From positions 1-46,342 of the forward strand of contig JAWALG010000003.1 of assembly GCA_038886995.1 (NCBI GenBank): a stretch of 46,342 nucleotides of DNA. The letters run 5' to 3'. The notes under the pieces are model-generated. The model was given only the letters and a program-made list of their open reading frames with translations. It did not search any database and was not told where the DNA came from. Below, one piece after another: positions 35,780 to 44,590 of the stretch (positions are counted from its first letter, which is position 1; each line of letters starts with the position of its first letter). The stretch is from Candidatus Iainarchaeum sp. (GTDB taxonomy: Archaea > Iainarchaeota > Iainarchaeia > Iainarchaeales > DTGL01). Position numbers and translations under genes: made by a program.

Positions 35780-36093
35780 AATCTTCTTTAAAAGATGAGA
35801 TGAAAAGCATTGCAATGCAAAGGATACGCAAGCTCTTTGATCTTGCTGAGAAAAATTTTAATGAAAAGCCAGAAAGGAGCAGGCGCTATGTGGAAATTGC
35901 AAGAAAGATAGCAATGCGCCACAACATCAGATTTGATTATGAGATTAAAAAAAAGTTCTGTAAGAAATGCGGTGCTTTTTTGCTTGTTGGTAAAAATGCA
36001 AAGATCAGAATTAGTAATGGCCTTGCAAAGGTTACTTGCCTTGAATGCGGATTCACGAGAAAAATATCATTGAAGAGGGAAAAGCAGGCCTAA
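35767..36093 (+). CDS. rnp4: Ribonuclease P protein component 4 (Rpp21)
   Basis: IAMQRIRKLF, SRRYVEIARKI, FCKKC, TCLECG. Confidence 0.92.
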   Translation: MGKVKSSLKDEMKSIAMQRIRKLFDLAEKNFNEKPERSRRYVEIARKIAMRHNIRFDYEIKKKFCKKCGAFLLVGKNAKIRISNGLAKVTCLECGFTRKISLKREKQA

Positions 36094-36900
36094 AAAACCT
36101 GGGAAGAGCCATGAAAGCAAGATTCCGAAGAGCAAGAAAGGCGCGAAAGGCGGCAAGTTTCTGTAAACTGGCACTTTCTTTATTCCCCTTGCTTCCAGAA
36201 GCTTTTTTTCTTTCTCGGAAAGCACGCCTTTAAATGAGCCGATAGCCTCGAGGGTATCTTTATCGAGATATTCCTTTGCAACTACTTCATCATCCTCAAG
36301 GTTCTTTAAGCTAACCCATTTCAAAAAAAGCTCTTCTTGTATCTGGCTTCTGAAAGCAATATAAATTAGTGAAATAAAAAGAGGCAATGAAATCACTAAA
36401 ATTGCAAATAAGCTTATTGCACTGAGCAAAAAGTAGAGCACATACAAGTAAGCCGCAATGAATAGGCCTAAGGCAAGGGCTTTAATTGACTCTTTATCAG
36501 GCCTTATCTTCTTTTTCTTTTTTGACATGAAAACCTTTATTATGCTAATCAAAGGTATCACAAAAGCGCTTGCTAAGGATGCAATTAGAACCACGCTTAG
36601 CACAAAGATTTGCCCTTTGTAGATTGGCAAAAGCAAAGACAAGCCAAGCAAAAACTTTACATCGCCGCCGCCAAGTTTGCCATTATAGTAAAGCAGATAT
36701 GTAAAAGCAAAAACGCATGCTGGGATTAAAAGAATTGTTGGATCTTCACCTAAAAAAAGGTCTGCTGCAGTGAAAATAGCACCAATGAGAATCATTGGAT
36801 AGGTAACCTTGTCATAAATCAGGCCTTTTTTTATGTCTGTGTACGCTGATATTATAGCACAAGCCAAAATTAAAGCAATGCGCAGCTCTTCAAAAAGCAT
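36067..36900 (-). CDS. Prepilin/preflagellin peptidase, A24 family
   Basis: YTDIKKGLI, GGGDVK, multiple TM helices, C-terminal PPFAPFL. Confidence 0.88.
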   Translation of the reverse strand: MLFEELRIALILACAIISAYTDIKKGLIYDKVTYPMILIGAIFTAADLFLGEDPTILLIPACVFAFTYLLYYNGKLGGGDVKFLLGLSLLLPIYKGQIFVLSVVLIASLASAFVIPLISIIKVFMSKKKKKIRPDKESIKALALGLFIAAYLYVLYFLLSAISLFAILVISLPLFISLIYIAFRSQIQEELFLKWVSLKNLEDDEVVAKEYLDKDTLEAIGSFKGVLSEKEKKLLEARGIKKVPVYRNLPPFAPFLLFGILLSWLFPGFLGLLFPLQ

Positions 36901-36901
36901 G

Positions 36902-38233
36902 TCATCGCCAGAACTTTTTCTTCTTCTTCACAGAAAATTTTTTAAGAATCTTTTCCATGTCAACATCTTCAATGGAATCACTTTTAGCAATCTTCTTAAT
37001 CTTACCAAACATGCGCTCCATCTTCTTGTAATTCCTAAGAAGCTCTCTTACATTTGCCTCTGTGCTTCCTGAACCCTTTGCTATGCGCTTTATCCTGCTG
37101 CTCGTTATGATCTCTGGCTTCTTCCTTTCTTGTTTTGTCATTGAGTCCATGATTACTTTGAAGCGTTTTAGTTTCTCACCCGTTATTTCAATTTCTTCTT
37201 TTGGAAGTGCTTGTTTTAGGCCCAACATTTCAGCAATTTTGTCAAGAGGGCCCATGCTCATTGTTGCTTTGAGCTGCTTGTAGAACACATCAAGATTGAA
37301 TTCCTCTTCAAGCAATTCTTCAGGGCTTTCAATCTCAATTTCTGATGCCTTTTCAAGTAAACCCTTAAGGTCTGGATAGCCCATAATTTTTGCAATATAG
37401 CGCTTTGCATCAAATAGCTCAAATTCATCTGTTTTTTCTCCTGTGCCAATGAAATAAACAGGCGCTTTTGTCTCAGCACAGGCAGCCAAAGTGCTCCCTG
37501 CTTTTGCAGAGCTATCCGCCTTGGAAATTATTATTCCATTAACGCCAACAGCATCGTGAAATGCCTTTGCTTGCTTCTTTGCAAGTTGTCCGATGTCGGC
37601 GCTCAGAACAAGCCATATTTCATCAGGATTAAGCGCGGCCTTTAAATCTTTTATCTCTTGGATAAGGTCAGCATCTAATGCAGATCTTCCAGCAGAGTCA
37701 ACAATTAGAAGGTCTTTCTTTTTTAATGAGCCAATTGCTTGTTCAACGATCTTCCTTGCGTTTTTTTCGCCCTTTATCCCGAAGAAATCTACACCCACTG
37801 CTTCTGAAAGCTGTTTTAGCTGCTCATAGCTTGCAGGCCTGTGAACATCGGCGCAAACAAGGCCAACGCTAAGCCCACGCTTCTTGTAAAACCTTGCGAG
37901 CTTTGCAGCTGTTGTTGTCTTGCCTTGCCCGAAAAGGCCTAAAAGCAGTATTGACCTTGGCTTTTCTGGCGGGTTTGGAGTGCCGCCGAGCAGCGCTGAA
38001 ATTAAGTCATATGTATTCTTTATTATGAATTCTTTCCTTGAAAGTCCCTCTGGCGGCTTCTTCTTTGAAATAGCACGGATCTCATTTGCAAGGTTATAAA
38101 CTAGGTTAACATCAACATCGCTTGCAATAAGAGCCCTTTGTATGTCTTTTATTGATTCCTCTATTGTTTCATCGCTAAGGAATGTTGCTGAGCTTATCCT
38201 ATCCAATGCTTTCCTGAGGTTTTCCCCAAGCAT
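36902..38233 (-). CDS. srp54: Signal recognition particle protein SRP54
   Basis: IQRALIASDV, GLFGQGKTTT, DVHRPA, DSAGR, FIGTGE, M domain with DSMT..ER and SRIKRIAKGSG. Confidence 0.95.
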   Translation of the reverse strand: MLGENLRKALDRISSATFLSDETIEESIKDIQRALIASDVDVNLVYNLANEIRAISKKKPPEGLSRKEFIIKNTYDLISALLGGTPNPPEKPRSILLLGLFGQGKTTTAAKLARFYKKRGLSVGLVCADVHRPASYEQLKQLSEAVGVDFFGIKGEKNARKIVEQAIGSLKKKDLLIVDSAGRSALDADLIQEIKDLKAALNPDEIWLVLSADIGQLAKKQAKAFHDAVGVNGIIISKADSSAKAGSTLAACAETKAPVYFIGTGEKTDEFELFDAKRYIAKIMGYPDLKGLLEKASEIEIESPEELLEEEFNLDVFYKQLKATMSMGPLDKIAEMLGLKQALPKEEIEITGEKLKRFKVIMDSMTKQERKKPEIITSSRIKRIAKGSGSTEANVRELLRNYKKMERMFGKIKKIAKSDSIEDVDMEKILKKFSVKKKKKFWR

Positions 38234-38280
38234 ACAAGAATAGGTTGGGCAAAATATTAAAAGAGGGTTTGCTTATACGC

Positions 38281-39267
38281 TTATATTATTCTTTCAAGTA
38301 TTTCGTCCGCATTGAATGCTTTTAAGTCATCATAGGTTTGGCCTGTGCCAATAAAAATTATTGGCTTCTTAAGCTCATGCAATATGCTTAGCATTGTGCC
38401 GCCTTTTGGGTCAGCGTCAACCTTTGTCATTATGAAGGCATCTATGCCAATTGCATTGTCAAATGACTTTGCTTGATCAAGAAGGGTCTTGCCAGCAAAT
38501 GCCTCGCCTACAAAGATTTTTAGGTCTGGCTCTGTAACGCGTGCAATTTTTTTAAGTTCTTGTATGAGGTTCATGTTAGTTTCTTGACGTCCAGCAGTAT
38601 CAATCATAACAATATCAATTGATTTCGCCTTTGCTGAGTTTATGGCATCAAAAGCAACTGCAGCCGGATCAGCACCATATCTGTGCTTTATCAGAGGAAC
38701 ACCAAGCTTCTTGGCATGCTCTTCTAACTGCTCAATTGATGCCGCACGGAATGTGTCCGCAGCAGCAAATATTGTTGTAAGGCCATTTTCGCGGAAAAGT
38801 TTTGAAAGCTTTGCCATTGTTGTTGTCTTGCCTGCTCCATTAGGGCCTAAAAAAAGTATTTTAAATGGCTTTTGCGAGTCCTTTGCTTTTTCAACAATGT
38901 CAATATTTTCGACATGCATCATCTCTTTTAGAGTTTGCCTTATGGTTTCCTTTACAAATGAATCTATGCTTTTCTTATGAACGCTCTTACTTAGTATCCT
39001 GTGCTTGATTTCCTCGCAGAATTTCTTTGCGGTTTCATCATGCACATCAGCTTCAAGAAGAGCCAACTCTAACTCATAGAGAGATTCCCTAAGGTCTGCT
39101 TCTCTAAGACGAATCTCTTTTTCAAAAACAGCCCTGGCTTTTGTTATTGCTTTAAGTTCAGGAGTAAAGTCGCGTTTCTCTGGAACCTCTTCCTTCTTTT
39201 CTTCTGGTGTTTTCTTTGAGATGTTTGAAACAAAAGCAGAAAGCTTGTTTTTTAGAAGGTCAAACAT
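38281..39267 (-). CDS. ftsY: SRP receptor FtsY
   Basis: LLEADV, GPNGAGKTTT, DTFRAASIEQL, DPAAV, DTAGR, TKVD, GTGQ. Confidence 0.95.
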   Translation of the reverse strand: MFDLLKNKLSAFVSNISKKTPEEKKEEVPEKRDFTPELKAITKARAVFEKEIRLREADLRESLYELELALLEADVHDETAKKFCEEIKHRILSKSVHKKSIDSFVKETIRQTLKEMMHVENIDIVEKAKDSQKPFKILFLGPNGAGKTTTMAKLSKLFRENGLTTIFAAADTFRAASIEQLEEHAKKLGVPLIKHRYGADPAAVAFDAINSAKAKSIDIVMIDTAGRQETNMNLIQELKKIARVTEPDLKIFVGEAFAGKTLLDQAKSFDNAIGIDAFIMTKVDADPKGGTMLSILHELKKPIIFIGTGQTYDDLKAFNADEILERII

Positions 39268-39275
39268 TGTGGCAC

Positions 39276-39761
39276 CTATGCTACGCCTGGTGTGCCTCCT
39301 TGGGACATCTTCTTCTGGGCTTCTTGGATAATCCTTTCGAGTTGCGAAAGAGAAGCAATTGCTTGATTTTTTCTCTTTAAAACTTCTTTGAGGTTCGCGC
39401 TAAGCTGTGCCTTTCTTGCCTCTAAGCGTTCAATTGCCTTAGCAGAGGGCATTCTCTCAAAATAGTTGTTACCTATGTCAAGCTTCACTGCACTTGGATC
39501 AGATATCCTTGCATATGCAAAGACGCCTGCGCCAAGGGGCACCAAAACATTTGTGTCCTTTTCAGAGGCCTTTATTTCGCGAATTGCATCTTGTGCTGCA
39601 TCAATCTCAGCAATGACATTGTTTATGAAACGCTCTTGTGCAACCATTGCTTCGAGCATCTGCTGGTTTTGCTGGTACATTGCTAAAATTTGCTCAAATG
39701 AAAGCTTAATCTCTTTCTTTTGCGCCTGGCCTTCATCTTTTTGCTCCTTCTTTTTTGCCAT
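39276..39761 (-). CDS. pfdA: Prefoldin alpha subunit
   Basis: Coiled coils flanking LVPLGAGVF...DIGNNYFE hairpins; conserved position in the cluster. Confidence 0.9.
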   Translation of the reverse strand: MAKKKEQKDEGQAQKKEIKLSFEQILAMYQQNQQMLEAMVAQERFINNVIAEIDAAQDAIREIKASEKDTNVLVPLGAGVFAYARISDPSAVKLDIGNNYFERMPSAKAIERLEARKAQLSANLKEVLKRKNQAIASLSQLERIIQEAQKKMSQGGTPGVA

Positions 39762-39765
39762 AAAA

Positions 39766-39960
39766 TCACTCCTTTTTTTCTACATTCTTTACCTTTTGCA
39801 CTGACTCTATCTTAACAAAGCGCCTCGGTATGCCATGCTCTGAACCAAAAAGCCCAAATAGCTTTTCCTTTGCAAAGTTTTCCGTAGGCGCATTTATTGT
39901 CCTGCAGAAAGGCCTCCATTCGCCTTTTATTCTTATTTTGCCCTTAAACTCAAAGTCCAT
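39766..39960 (-). CDS. rpl18a: 50S ribosomal protein eL20 (L18a/LX)
   Basis: AKEKLFGLFGSEHGIPRRFVKIESV; located between aIF6 and pfdA. Confidence 0.88.
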   Translation of the reverse strand: MDFEFKGKIRIKGEWRPFCRTINAPTENFAKEKLFGLFGSEHGIPRRFVKIESVQKVKNVEKKE

Positions 39961-39969
39961 TAGACCACC

Positions 39970-40632
39970 TTAACCAAAAAAGTCATGAATCCTTAAAATC
40001 TCATATGTTGTAGTCCTATCACCTAAAAGCATTGCTTTAGAATTCATTATTGCGCTATTACCAACAAACCTATCGCCGTAATTCATTGTGCAAGCAATTC
40101 CATCTGTGCCAAATGCTTTTTTTAGAATCTCAAACTCCTTCTGCTTTACATTTGGGTTTACAACAAAGCCTCTATCAGAGGCTATCGTGCAAGAGCCAAC
40201 AATGTCAAGAGAAGCAACCTTTGTCTGGTAAAATTTAATGCCAAAAAAGGCCTCTATTGATGATAGCTGCTCTTTTGTTAGAGCCATGCTTGCAATGCCT
40301 CCTTTGCTATTTGCCCTTATAAGATTACCTATTGCTGTTGTGCCTTCAATTCTTTTTATCTTAAGCCCAATCGACTCAAGATGCTCAACCTCGGAATCAA
40401 GTGCAAGCTCCGAAACAACAAACTTATCGCCTATGCCTGAGCAAAGTACGCCAAGCAAAGAACTATCTGAGAGCTTTGCCTTTATAATCTCAACATCAAA
40501 TGTCTTCTTCAGCTTTTGCTCTTCTTTTGGAAGTATGCTTGATGGAACCAAGGCAACGTTTTCTGTTAACGCAATGAAAACACCAACGAATGGGCTTGAG
40601 TTGGCTGTACCTTTATCAATCTTCATATGCAC
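39970..40632 (-). CDS. eif6: Translation initiation factor aIF6
   Basis: SPFVGVF, SLLGVL, AIGNLIRANSKG, VGSC, TMNYG..FVG, TT.YE. Confidence 0.9.
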   Translation of the reverse strand: MHMKIDKGTANSSPFVGVFIALTENVALVPSSILPKEEQKLKKTFDVEIIKAKLSDSSLLGVLCSGIGDKFVVSELALDSEVEHLESIGLKIKRIEGTTAIGNLIRANSKGGIASMALTKEQLSSIEAFFGIKFYQTKVASLDIVGSCTIASDRGFVVNPNVKQKEFEILKKAFGTDGIACTMNYGDRFVGNSAIMNSKAMLLGDRTTTYEILRIHDFFG

Positions 40633-41130
40633 CTATTTGTCCTGTTTTCTTTTTATAGCGGTCCTTTGTGCTGCTTTTTCCCGCTCTTTCTTTTCTTCGA
40701 GTATTTTCTTCTCTTCTGCTTGCTCAAGTGTTTCTTCCTTCTTTTCTTCAGCAATCGTCTGTTCTTTGCTCTCTGGTTTTGATGGCTTGGCCTCTTTTTC
40801 TTTTGAAGCTTCTTTCTGCGCCTTCTCCTCTTTCTTCTCTTCCTTCTTTTTCTCCTTTGGCTCTATCTTCTCATTCTGCAAGTATGCCCTTACCTTGTTT
40901 TCCTCAGAAACAACTTGAATCTCGAGAACACGGGGTATCTTTTGCGGGCCTCTTGCAAAAATGGTTTCATTTATTTTTTGCGATATGAAGACATTATCTT
41001 CAGAAACCTTGTATTTCTTTGCAAGATAGCGCCTCAATCTAAGCATCGCGCGCCTTGCCCTTTTCGTGCATGGGTGATCAAAGAGTTCCTTAAGTGGAAA
41101 ATTAATCTTTTCTGGTTTTGCTTCAGCCAT
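40633..41130 (-). CDS. rpl31e: 50S ribosomal protein eL31 with long charged C-terminal tail
   Basis: INFPLK...KRARRAM..LR...INETIFARG..KIPR. Confidence 0.85.
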   Translation of the reverse strand: MAEAKPEKINFPLKELFDHPCTKRARRAMLRLRRYLAKKYKVSEDNVFISQKINETIFARGPQKIPRVLEIQVVSEENKVRAYLQNEKIEPKEKKKEEKKEEKAQKEASKEKEAKPSKPESKEQTIAEEKKEETLEQAEEKKILEEKKEREKAAQRTAIKRKQDK

Positions 41131-41131
41131 A

Positions 41132-41326
41132 TCATGCCTCCTTTTTTAATTTTCTATATTTTTTCCCGAAGTCGCATATCTTCCAAGATCTTTTTTGCTT
41201 TGGGCTAAATATCCGCTTGTTTGCTTTCTGGAATATCCATACTGGTGCACTGCCTATGCCAGAGCGTATGCTCTTCCTTTTGCTTATAACAAAATCCTTG
41301 AACTCCTTTTCCTTATTTGAAGCCAT
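41132..41326 (-). CDS. rpl39e: Divergent 50S ribosomal protein eL39
   Basis: MAS.K...APVWIFQK...KRSW; syntenic position between PDCD5-like and eL31. Confidence 0.7.
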   Translation of the reverse strand: MASNKEKEFKDFVISKRKSIRSGIGSAPVWIFQKANKRIFSPKQKRSWKICDFGKKYRKLKKEA

Positions 41327-41330
41327 AATA

Positions 41331-41639
41331 TCACTTTCTCACAATTCTTGTCTCCCTTTTCTCAGAGAGCTTTACCAGAAGCTTTTTAACAAGGTCGTCA
41401 TCAACTGGCGCAGATATTTTTCCTGCTTGGGCTGCAACTACAAGTGACTGCACAACCTTGTAGTAAAGCTCTGGATTCACGAGGCGAACATTCTTAAGGC
41501 GCTGCCTTGCTTGTGGGCTGAGCAGCTGTCGCAAAACAGCGTTCAGCTGCCTCTCTGCTTCGAGCTGCTGCGCAATTTCCTTTTGCGCCTTATAATATTT
41601 TTTCAGTTCTTCGTTTTGGTTGTTATCTATGCCATTCAT
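41331..41639 (-). CDS. PDCD5-like DNA-binding protein
   Basis: LRQLLSPQARQRLKNVRLVNPE...KKLL..L..KRETRIVRK. Confidence 0.9.
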   Translation of the reverse strand: MNGIDNNQNEELKKYYKAQKEIAQQLEAERQLNAVLRQLLSPQARQRLKNVRLVNPELYYKVVQSLVVAAQAGKISAPVDDDLVKKLLVKLSEKRETRIVRK

Positions 41640-42280
41640 TGCGATACCTTATTTCCAGAAGGCTTGCTTTCAGCAGGAACCTTGGCAAGCTTTTCTTTTA
41701 GCTCAGAAACAACCTCTGCGCTTTTTTGCTTCTTTTCTGACATGGGTTGCTTTTGTTCCTTGCCTTTTTCCTGCTTTTGAGATTCCTTTTTCTGGGCTGT
41801 TTTTTCTTCAGCCATGCTTTTTAAGCTAAGCTCCTTTTTATGCGTAGCGTCCTTTAATTTTTCTTCCCAATCCTTTTTTGCCTTATTGGCAATCTTTGAA
41901 AGATACTGTTGGCCTTTTGGTGTTAAGGCACGGCCTTTTTGCACCTTTTTAACAAAGCCCAAGGCCTCGAGCTGCTGCAGGCCGTAGCGTATTATTTTGC
42001 CACCTGCGCGCCTAAACTTGTGCTTTCTTCTGCCCCTGTTCTTTTTATCACCGTAGTATGTGCGCAAAGCGCCCACGCCCAAGGTGCCTTCTTTGAGCAA
42101 TCGATAAAGCATTGAAGCTAGCCTCTTGTAATACCAGTCGCTCTGCATTGGCACCCTATCTTTTGAGCATGCTGTTTTTACAAATAGTGCAAACTTTGGC
42201 TGCTCAACTTTCAGGTTATTCTTCAAATCATCTGCTACTGCATTTATAAGTTCACTTGCAGGTACTTCAAAAGGATTCAT
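41636..42280 (-). CDS. rps19e: 30S ribosomal protein eS19 with C-terminal extension
   Basis: FVKT...P.Q.DWYYKR.AS, GVGALRTYYG, GGKIIRYGLQQLE.LG, GRALTPKG. Start at MNPFEV. Confidence 0.92.
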   Translation of the reverse strand: MNPFEVPASELINAVADDLKNNLKVEQPKFALFVKTACSKDRVPMQSDWYYKRLASMLYRLLKEGTLGVGALRTYYGDKKNRGRRKHKFRRAGGKIIRYGLQQLEALGFVKKVQKGRALTPKGQQYLSKIANKAKKDWEEKLKDATHKKELSLKSMAEEKTAQKKESQKQEKGKEQKQPMSEKKQKSAEVVSELKEKLAKVPAESKPSGNKVSQ

Positions 42281-42376
42281 AAGATCACGCTTCTTTCGAA
42301 GCCATTGCTCTACGCTTAAAGCGGAGCAAAAATAGGCCTCTTTTAAAGTAAATTGCATGCAAATGTTTTTAATGCT

Positions 42377-43531
42377 TTATTTTCGTTCCTGCTTTACAAA
42401 AATTAGCATTGCAAAGGAAATTGCTGTCAAAGCCAAAGAAACATAGAATGGTGCTTCAATCCCAAGATAATCCCAAAGAAAGCCAGCAAAGGCAGAAGCT
42501 GGCAATGCGCACAAGCCAATAACCATTTGGAATGCGCCTAAGGCGCTTGCCCTGTACCGCTCTGGAGCAAGCTCAGAAACAAATGTTTTTTGGACTGGGT
42601 CAAGGGCGCCTTTATGAAGGCCGTAAAAAATAAACGCAAGCACAATTGCTTCGATGCTCCTAAAATAGATGAAAATGAAGCATACTGATGCCCAAAAAAC
42701 ATATGAAACCATTATCAGCGGCTTTCGGCCTATCCTGTCTGAGAGCTTGCCGGCAGGTAATGAAAACAATGAGGCAACAAAGGTGAAGAGCAGATAAAGC
42801 ACAGGCACAAAAACAACTTTAAAGCCAGCAACCTTGGAGAAAACTAGCAGGAAGGAATAGCTGAATGAGCCAAGCGCAAAAATTGCGCTAAGGAAAAGGA
42901 AAAGCTTAAAGTTTTTGGTGAGGTCCTTTAATCTGAAGCCCTTATAGATCCTTGTTTCTGATTTTGTTTCCTTTATGAATAAAAACACAAGCAGTGCAGC
43001 AATGAATGAAGGTACTGAAGCCAATATGAAAAGGTTCTTATAGCCAAGAATTGGGAAAAGGGCCAAGCAAACTAAAATGCCGAGCACTGCGCCAAGGTTA
43101 TCCATTGTTCTAAGCAACCCAAAATTTCTACCGCGATTTTCGTTGCTTGAAACATCTGCAATCATAGCATCTCTTGGAGCAGCCCTTATCTTGCCAGCCC
43201 TGTCTAAAACCCTAAATGGTATTAAGTGAGGCCAAGCTGTTGAAAACGCATAGCCAACCCTTGAAACTGCACCAAAAACATAGCCAGTCCATATGAAAAC
43301 CTTTCTGCGCCTTAACTTGTCCGAAGCATAGCCAGATACTGCTTGGGAGATTGAAACTAGGGCTTCACCTAAGCCATCTATGAATCCCAAAACAGCCATG
43401 TTTGCTCCGAGCACAGAGGTAACGAAAAGAGGCCATATCGGATAAATTATGTCAGAGCCAAGGTCATTCAGAAAAGAAGCCAAAGCAAAGGTTCTGACTG
43501 TTTTCTTCTCTTCTTTCTCCAAAAAACTCAC
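42377..43531 (-). CDS. Major facilitator superfamily transporter
   Basis: SFLNDLGSD, SGYASDKLRRRK, RAAPRDAMIA, GKLSDRIGRK, about 12 TM helices. Start is GTG 43531 or TTG 43522. Confidence 0.9.
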   Translation of the reverse strand: MSFLEKEEKKTVRTFALASFLNDLGSDIIYPIWPLFVTSVLGANMAVLGFIDGLGEALVSISQAVSGYASDKLRRRKVFIWTGYVFGAVSRVGYAFSTAWPHLIPFRVLDRAGKIRAAPRDAMIADVSSNENRGRNFGLLRTMDNLGAVLGILVCLALFPILGYKNLFILASVPSFIAALLVFLFIKETKSETRIYKGFRLKDLTKNFKLFLFLSAIFALGSFSYSFLLVFSKVAGFKVVFVPVLYLLFTFVASLFSLPAGKLSDRIGRKPLIMVSYVFWASVCFIFIYFRSIEAIVLAFIFYGLHKGALDPVQKTFVSELAPERYRASALGAFQMVIGLCALPASAFAGFLWDYLGIEAPFYVSLALTAISFAMLIFVKQERK

Positions 43532-43541
43532 CAATAAACAG

Positions 43542-43613
43542 TGCGGCTGCCGGGATTTGAACCCGGGCCACCAGCTTGGCAAGCTGGTATCCTAACCACT
43601 AGACAACAGCCGC
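43542..43613 (-). tRNA. tRNA-Gly(GCC)
   Basis: GCGGCTG/CAGCCGC-A; CCAGC-TTGCCAA-GCTGG; T-loop TTCAAAT. Confidence 0.95.
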
Positions 43614-43650
43614 ACAGTAATAAATTTTCTCACAATTGTTTTTATAAGTT

Positions 43651-43723
43651 TGGGCCTGGGCAGAATTGAACTGCCGACCTCCACCTTGTAAGGGTGGCGT
43701 CATAACCACTAGACCACAGGCCC
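43651..43723 (-). tRNA. tRNA-Val(TAC)
   Basis: GGGCCTG/CAGGCCC-A; CCACC-CTTACAA-GGTGG; T-loop TTCAATT. Confidence 0.95.
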
Positions 43724-43766
43724 TTAGAAAAATATTATGGGTGCAATTTAAAATTATGCCGTGGTG

Positions 43767-44492
43767 CTATTTTTTTGGCTTGTATTCTGCCTTAAAGCCG
43801 ATTGAAATGTGGGTGCCATCGCAGAATGGCTTATTATTTGATGCGCCGCACCTGCAAAGTGTAACCCTATTTCTTTTCTCGTAGTAGAAACCTTTTGATG
43901 ATTTTATTGGAATGTTTCCTTTCACCCATAGAGGGCCTGAGCATTTTGCCTGAGGGTCCTCAACAAGTGCAATTTCCTGCTTAAGCTTTGGTTCAATGTG
44001 CTTGCCGCTTTTTTCAAGAGCAACAAGGCGCCCTGAAGGGCAGTTGCATGCTGACTCTATTGCTATCTTCTTGAGCTTTTTGTCTGAGGATTTTTTTATT
44101 AAGTTCCAAACGCTACCTGCACGATGGCAAAACCTTGCAGAAGCGCAAATATCAGGCCAATCAAGCAAATCCAGGTCTTGGCCTGTATACTTCTTTGCTT
44201 TTTTTAAGTAAGGTGAATTTTCAGCGGTTTCAGTTCCATTGAAATTTATTAGCATGTGGGTGCCATCGCAGAATGGCTTGTTTTTTGAGGAGCCACATCT
44301 GCATAGAGCATATGACTTTTCAACCTTAAAGGCCTCTGCTTTTTCCCAACGCTCTGGTTCATTGTCAGGGCCTATTGCAATAATTTCTTTACGCAAAGGA
44401 ACCTTGCCTGAAACAAGATAAGGCCCATTTTCTGTAATAGTTATTTCGGGATTAGGCCTTTTGCTTTTCTTTTTTATCTTGCCTGAAACCAC
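43767..44492 (-). CDS. CDGSH iron-sulfur protein (two CDGSH motifs flanking a ferredoxin-like domain)
   Basis: LCRCG.S.NKPFCDGTH occurs twice; central CASARFC...CPSG. Confidence 0.9.
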   Translation of the reverse strand: MVSGKIKKKSKRPNPEITITENGPYLVSGKVPLRKEIIAIGPDNEPERWEKAEAFKVEKSYALCRCGSSKNKPFCDGTHMLINFNGTETAENSPYLKKAKKYTGQDLDLLDWPDICASARFCHRAGSVWNLIKKSSDKKLKKIAIESACNCPSGRLVALEKSGKHIEPKLKQEIALVEDPQAKCSGPLWVKGNIPIKSSKGFYYEKRNRVTLCRCGASNNKPFCDGTHISIGFKAEYKPKK

Positions 44493-44542
44493 AAAAACAC
44501 CAAACCGAAATTAAACTAAAATAAAAAAGCAAGTATAAAAAT

Positions 44543-44568
44543 AAAAAAAGTTGCGGGCAAGGCCCGCA
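44543..44568 (-). terminator. GC hairpin plus U-tract downstream of the LamG gene
   Basis: TGCGGGC-AAG-GCCCGCA (44552-44568) is followed on the minus strand by a T-run. Confidence 0.6.
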
Positions 44569-44590
44569 TTTTTAGCAAACTTTTTGTTTG

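Noticed and set aside
43532-43582. MFS N-terminal extension MPSWWPGFKSRQPH
   Set aside because: It is a translation of the tRNA-Gly(GCC) gene.
35160-43613. Inverted tRNA-Gly pair as ends of an invertible segment
   Set aside because: Normal isoacceptor similarity; no recombinase or other evidence of inversion.
2236-43723. Two similar tRNA-Val genes as attL/attR of a 41-kb integrated element
   Set aside because: Both are complete isoacceptors (GAC and TAC), the interval holds core genes, and there is no integrase.
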